Of a stretch of DNA of 34,108 bases, positions 31,881-34,108 are shown in pieces (the first letter of the stretch is position 1; the number at the start of each line of letters is the position of its first letter). Below the pieces are notes generated by a model. That model saw only the letters and a list, made by a program, of their open reading frames with translations. It was not told the DNA's origin and ran no database searches. Origin of the DNA: an uncultured Bacteroidota bacterium (GTDB lineage: Bacteria > Bacteroidota > Bacteroidia > 2-12-FULL-35-15); assembly GCA_903881065.1 (NCBI GenBank), contig CAIRRW010000506.1, forward strand, positions 1-34,108, given 5' to 3'. The translations under genes were made by a program, and so were the position numbers.

Positions 31881-32121
31881 CGTTTTCTGTAAGTTTTATT
31901 TTACTTAACATCTCCACAAAGTCGAAATAATCTTTTTCAAAACTTACCTCATCTATCATGTATAGTTTTACAATGGCAGCTTTTATTTCCTGAGGAGTTT
32001 TCTCTTCCTTAAGCATTTTTATTATCTCCAACCCTATCGGATTAGTTGAATAGGAGTCGCCTGTTGATGGATCAAATACAAATCCCGAATCGCTTAATGC
32101 TACGTTTCTTTTTATTTTCAT
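31861..32121 (-). CDS. Stand-alone PqqD-family protein (RiPP recognition element fold)
   Basis: 86 aa with the PqqD pattern FVFDPSTGDSYSTNPIGLEIIKML...TPQEI...IVKLYMID...DYFDFVEML; overlaps the ATP-grasp start by 20 nt. Confidence 0.85.
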   Translation of the reverse strand: MKIKRNVALSDSGFVFDPSTGDSYSTNPIGLEIIKMLKEEKTPQEIKAAIVKLYMIDEVSFEKDYFDFVEMLSKIKLTENDEKKKD

Positions 32122-32153
32122 TGATATTATTATTTGTAAGTCTATATTAATGT

Positions 32154-32161
32154 CAAAAGTA
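32154..32161 (-). promoter_or_regulatory. -7 element TACTTTTG driving the PqqD-ATP-grasp operon
   Basis: Plus-strand caaaagta = minus-strand TACTTTTG, 32 nt upstream of the PqqD ATG; no clear -33 TTTG seen. Confidence 0.6.
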
Positions 32162-32209
32162 ATAATTTATTTTCCCCTTAATCTATTTACTGCTAAATTG
32201 GAACTGTTC

Positions 32210-32905
32210 CTAATTAGCTAAATGGCGCATTGCATCCTTCCTGTATTTATTACCAATCGGAATCTCTCGTCCGGCAATTGAAATGATTCTGCTTTTTACA
32301 TTTTCGATTCTATTCAGAGGAATAATATATTTACGATGAACACGTATAAATTCATTCGTGTTTAATTTCGATAGCATCATTTTCATAGTAAGTCGGGTAG
32401 TTATCCGCTTCTGATTCTGCAGGTAAATATTAATATAATCTCCCAGTGATTCAATATAAAGTATATCCGAAAGTATAAACTTCCTCAATCCATAATCAGC
32501 ACGCAGAAACATATTTGGTTTTTCTTCTGCATTATTGCTATTCAATTTAATGTTGTAATTTAAAATAGCTTTATTCAACGCTACAGATAATCTGTCTTCC
32601 GAATAAGGTTTTAGCAGAAAGTCAATAGCATTCATGTTATATGCATCCACAGCAAGGTCTTTTGTTTCCGAAACAAAAATAACCATGGTGTTTAGCTCCG
32701 ATAATAATCTGAAATCAACCCCCGAACCTTTTGCCATCTCAATATCTATAAACAGCAAGTCAACTGGCGATTTGTGCAAATATTTCAGTCCTTCATTAAT
32801 AGTAGTAAATAGCTTTTTGAGTTGAAACCTTTGCGAATCAATACACCCTTTTTCTATAATTTCTTTAAACAAAGGTTCTTTATCTATAATTATGGCTTGT
32901 AACAT
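32210..32905 (-). CDS. LytTR (LytR/AlgR) family response regulator
   Basis: REC domain DLLFIDIEM...AIDFLLKP; LytTR domain DILYIESLGDY...FIRVHRKYII...IPIG. Confidence 0.92.
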   Translation of the reverse strand: MLQAIIIDKEPLFKEIIEKGCIDSQRFQLKKLFTTINEGLKYLHKSPVDLLFIDIEMAKGSGVDFRLLSELNTMVIFVSETKDLAVDAYNMNAIDFLLKPYSEDRLSVALNKAILNYNIKLNSNNAEEKPNMFLRADYGLRKFILSDILYIESLGDYINIYLQNQKRITTRLTMKMMLSKLNTNEFIRVHRKYIIPLNRIENVKSRIISIAGREIPIGNKYRKDAMRHLAN

Positions 32906-32942
32906 CTCTAAAATAATTAAAATGAACTCCCTTTTAACGACA

Positions 32943-32950
32943 CAAAGATA
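32943..32950 (-). promoter_or_regulatory. -7 element TATCTTTG for the LytTR gene
   Basis: Plus-strand caaagata, 37 nt upstream of the ATG. Confidence 0.6.
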
Positions 32951-33047
32951 TGCCGACTAAAAAATAGCCACGTTACAGTATTATAAAAAAATGTAATGAA
33001 ATTTAGTTCGACCTTGACTCTATTGATCAAAAAAACGCTGATGACGC

Positions 33048-33650
33048 TTAATCCAACAGCGAATTCAGAGATTTTCTGTCCTTTTTACCCAGATTTTTAT
33101 AGTCGCTTACCGTATAGCCTGTAATCTGTTTAAACTGATTGCTCAAGTATTGAACACTGCTGTATCCCATAAAATAAGCTATTTCACTAAGCGTATATTC
33201 ATCATAGCTTATCATCTCCTTTATTTTCTCCGCTTTTATAAGTATAATATATTTCTCCAAAGTCATTCCGGTAGTTTCCGAAAACACCTTGCTCAAATGC
33301 TGATACGATTGTTGCAGCTTCTCACTCAAATAATCCGAATTCTTGATCAGCGAAGTATTATTATTACCATAAAAAACAAACTGAATCACTGTAGTCTTTA
33401 TCTTTTCCACCAGCTTTTTATTCGTATCCCGCAACAGTTCGAAACCATTTTTTTTCAGAATCTCATTCACCACATCCAAATTAAATACCTGCGTATCCAG
33501 CTGAATCTCCGCTTCACCCAAGCTCACATTTATCACTTCTATAAACCCCGTCCGTTCCAGTTCCTGCCGCACTAGTTTAATGCAACTATCACTCACCATA
33601 TTTTTAATATAGATAATCGTTCGTGTAGTATTGAAGTTATGTTTTTGCAT
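33048..33650 (-). CDS. AraC-family transcriptional regulator with N-terminal HMA-like domain
   Basis: IYIKNMVSDSCIKLV...LGEAEI...GFELL HMA-like start; YQHLSKVFSETTGMTLEKY, LSEIAYFMGYSSVQYLSNQFKQITG AraC HTH. Confidence 0.92.
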   Translation of the reverse strand: MQKHNFNTTRTIIYIKNMVSDSCIKLVRQELERTGFIEVINVSLGEAEIQLDTQVFNLDVVNEILKKNGFELLRDTNKKLVEKIKTTVIQFVFYGNNNTSLIKNSDYLSEKLQQSYQHLSKVFSETTGMTLEKYIILIKAEKIKEMISYDEYTLSEIAYFMGYSSVQYLSNQFKQITGYTVSDYKNLGKKDRKSLNSLLD

Positions 33651-33671
33651 TTTCCTATTTCAAATCCACAT

Positions 33672-33679
33672 CAAAGGTA
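33672..33679 (-). promoter_or_regulatory. -7 element TACCTTTG for the AraC gene
   Basis: Plus-strand caaaggta, 21 nt upstream of the ATG. Confidence 0.6.
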
Positions 33680-33858
33680 TAAAAAGTTAGAGTATAACTC
33701 AATTCGTCTCGCAGGTCGGAAGTTTCAATATTTACAGAAACAAAAACCGCTTTACATTATTAAATTGGAAGAAACATCAACTGAAGTTCAAATCTATAAA
33801 ATCATCCTTCTCAAATTTCTTTACACATCTTTCCTCTCGAAACTCGAAATTATGTCCA

Positions 33859-33942
33859 CGCGACATCAAATTAAACACTCGCGATGTCAAATTAAACACT
33901 AGCGACATCAAATTAAACACTCGCGATGTCAAATTAAATGCT
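33859..33942. repeat. 21-bp tandem array, 4 near-identical units alternating as a 42-bp dimer
   Basis: cgcgacatcaaattaaacact / cgcgatgtcaaattaaacact / agcgacatcaaattaaacact / cgcgatgtcaaattaaatgct. Confidence 0.92.
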
Positions 33943-34108
33943 ATTTTATTTGAAAAAAACACCCTCAGAAAAATGTTTCCCCCTTTTTGTGCCCGCCAGT
34001 CCGCTTCCTATCCTAAAAACCTCTTTTCTCGTTTTCTAAAGAAATCCTTCATTTTGAGCGATTTTCGAAAAGCGCAATTATTTCTGAAAACAAAGAACGA
34101 GTTTCCAG

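Noticed and set aside
29389-32121. Calling the genes lysA, carB or pqqD of PQQ synthesis
   Set aside because: The decarboxylase specificity loop differs from LysA, the ATP-grasp is a single 349-aa domain rather than the ~1070-aa CarB, and no other pqq genes are present.
33639-33962. 87-aa (plus) and 61-aa (minus) ORFs
   Set aside because: They overlap the AraC promoter and the 21-bp repeat and have no protein-like motifs.

Overview
AT-rich Bacteroidota-type DNA: TAnnTTTG -7 promoter boxes, A-rich start regions without clear Shine-Dalgarno sequences, and T9SS genes. Bases 1-11.2 kb hold the core rplK-rplA-rplJ-rplL-rpoB-rpoC operon, here preceded by an unrelated gene end, a terminator and its own promoter rather than by nusG. 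Bases 11.7-24.3 kb carry a type-B T9SS cargo protein with its PorP/SprF partner, a TMTC-like GT-C/TPR protein, a large orphan sensor histidine kinase and a second GT-C-like membrane protein. Bases 24.6-32.1 kb (minus strand) hold the most interesting feature, a tightly coupled six-gene operon: stand-alone PqqD/RRE protein, ATP-grasp ligase, non-canonical LysA-like PLP decarboxylase, urea-transporter-like/M23 peptidase fusion, TPR plus probable outer-membrane barrel protein, and an internally duplicated secreted TPR protein. I found no free precursor peptide, but the decarboxylase N-terminal tail carries a lasso-leader-like YxxPxI motif. A LytTR regulator and an HMA-AraC regulator lie upstream. 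Three sequence-unrelated 21-bp-period tandem arrays occur in intergenic DNA. All assignments come from reading motifs by eye; no database searches were run.
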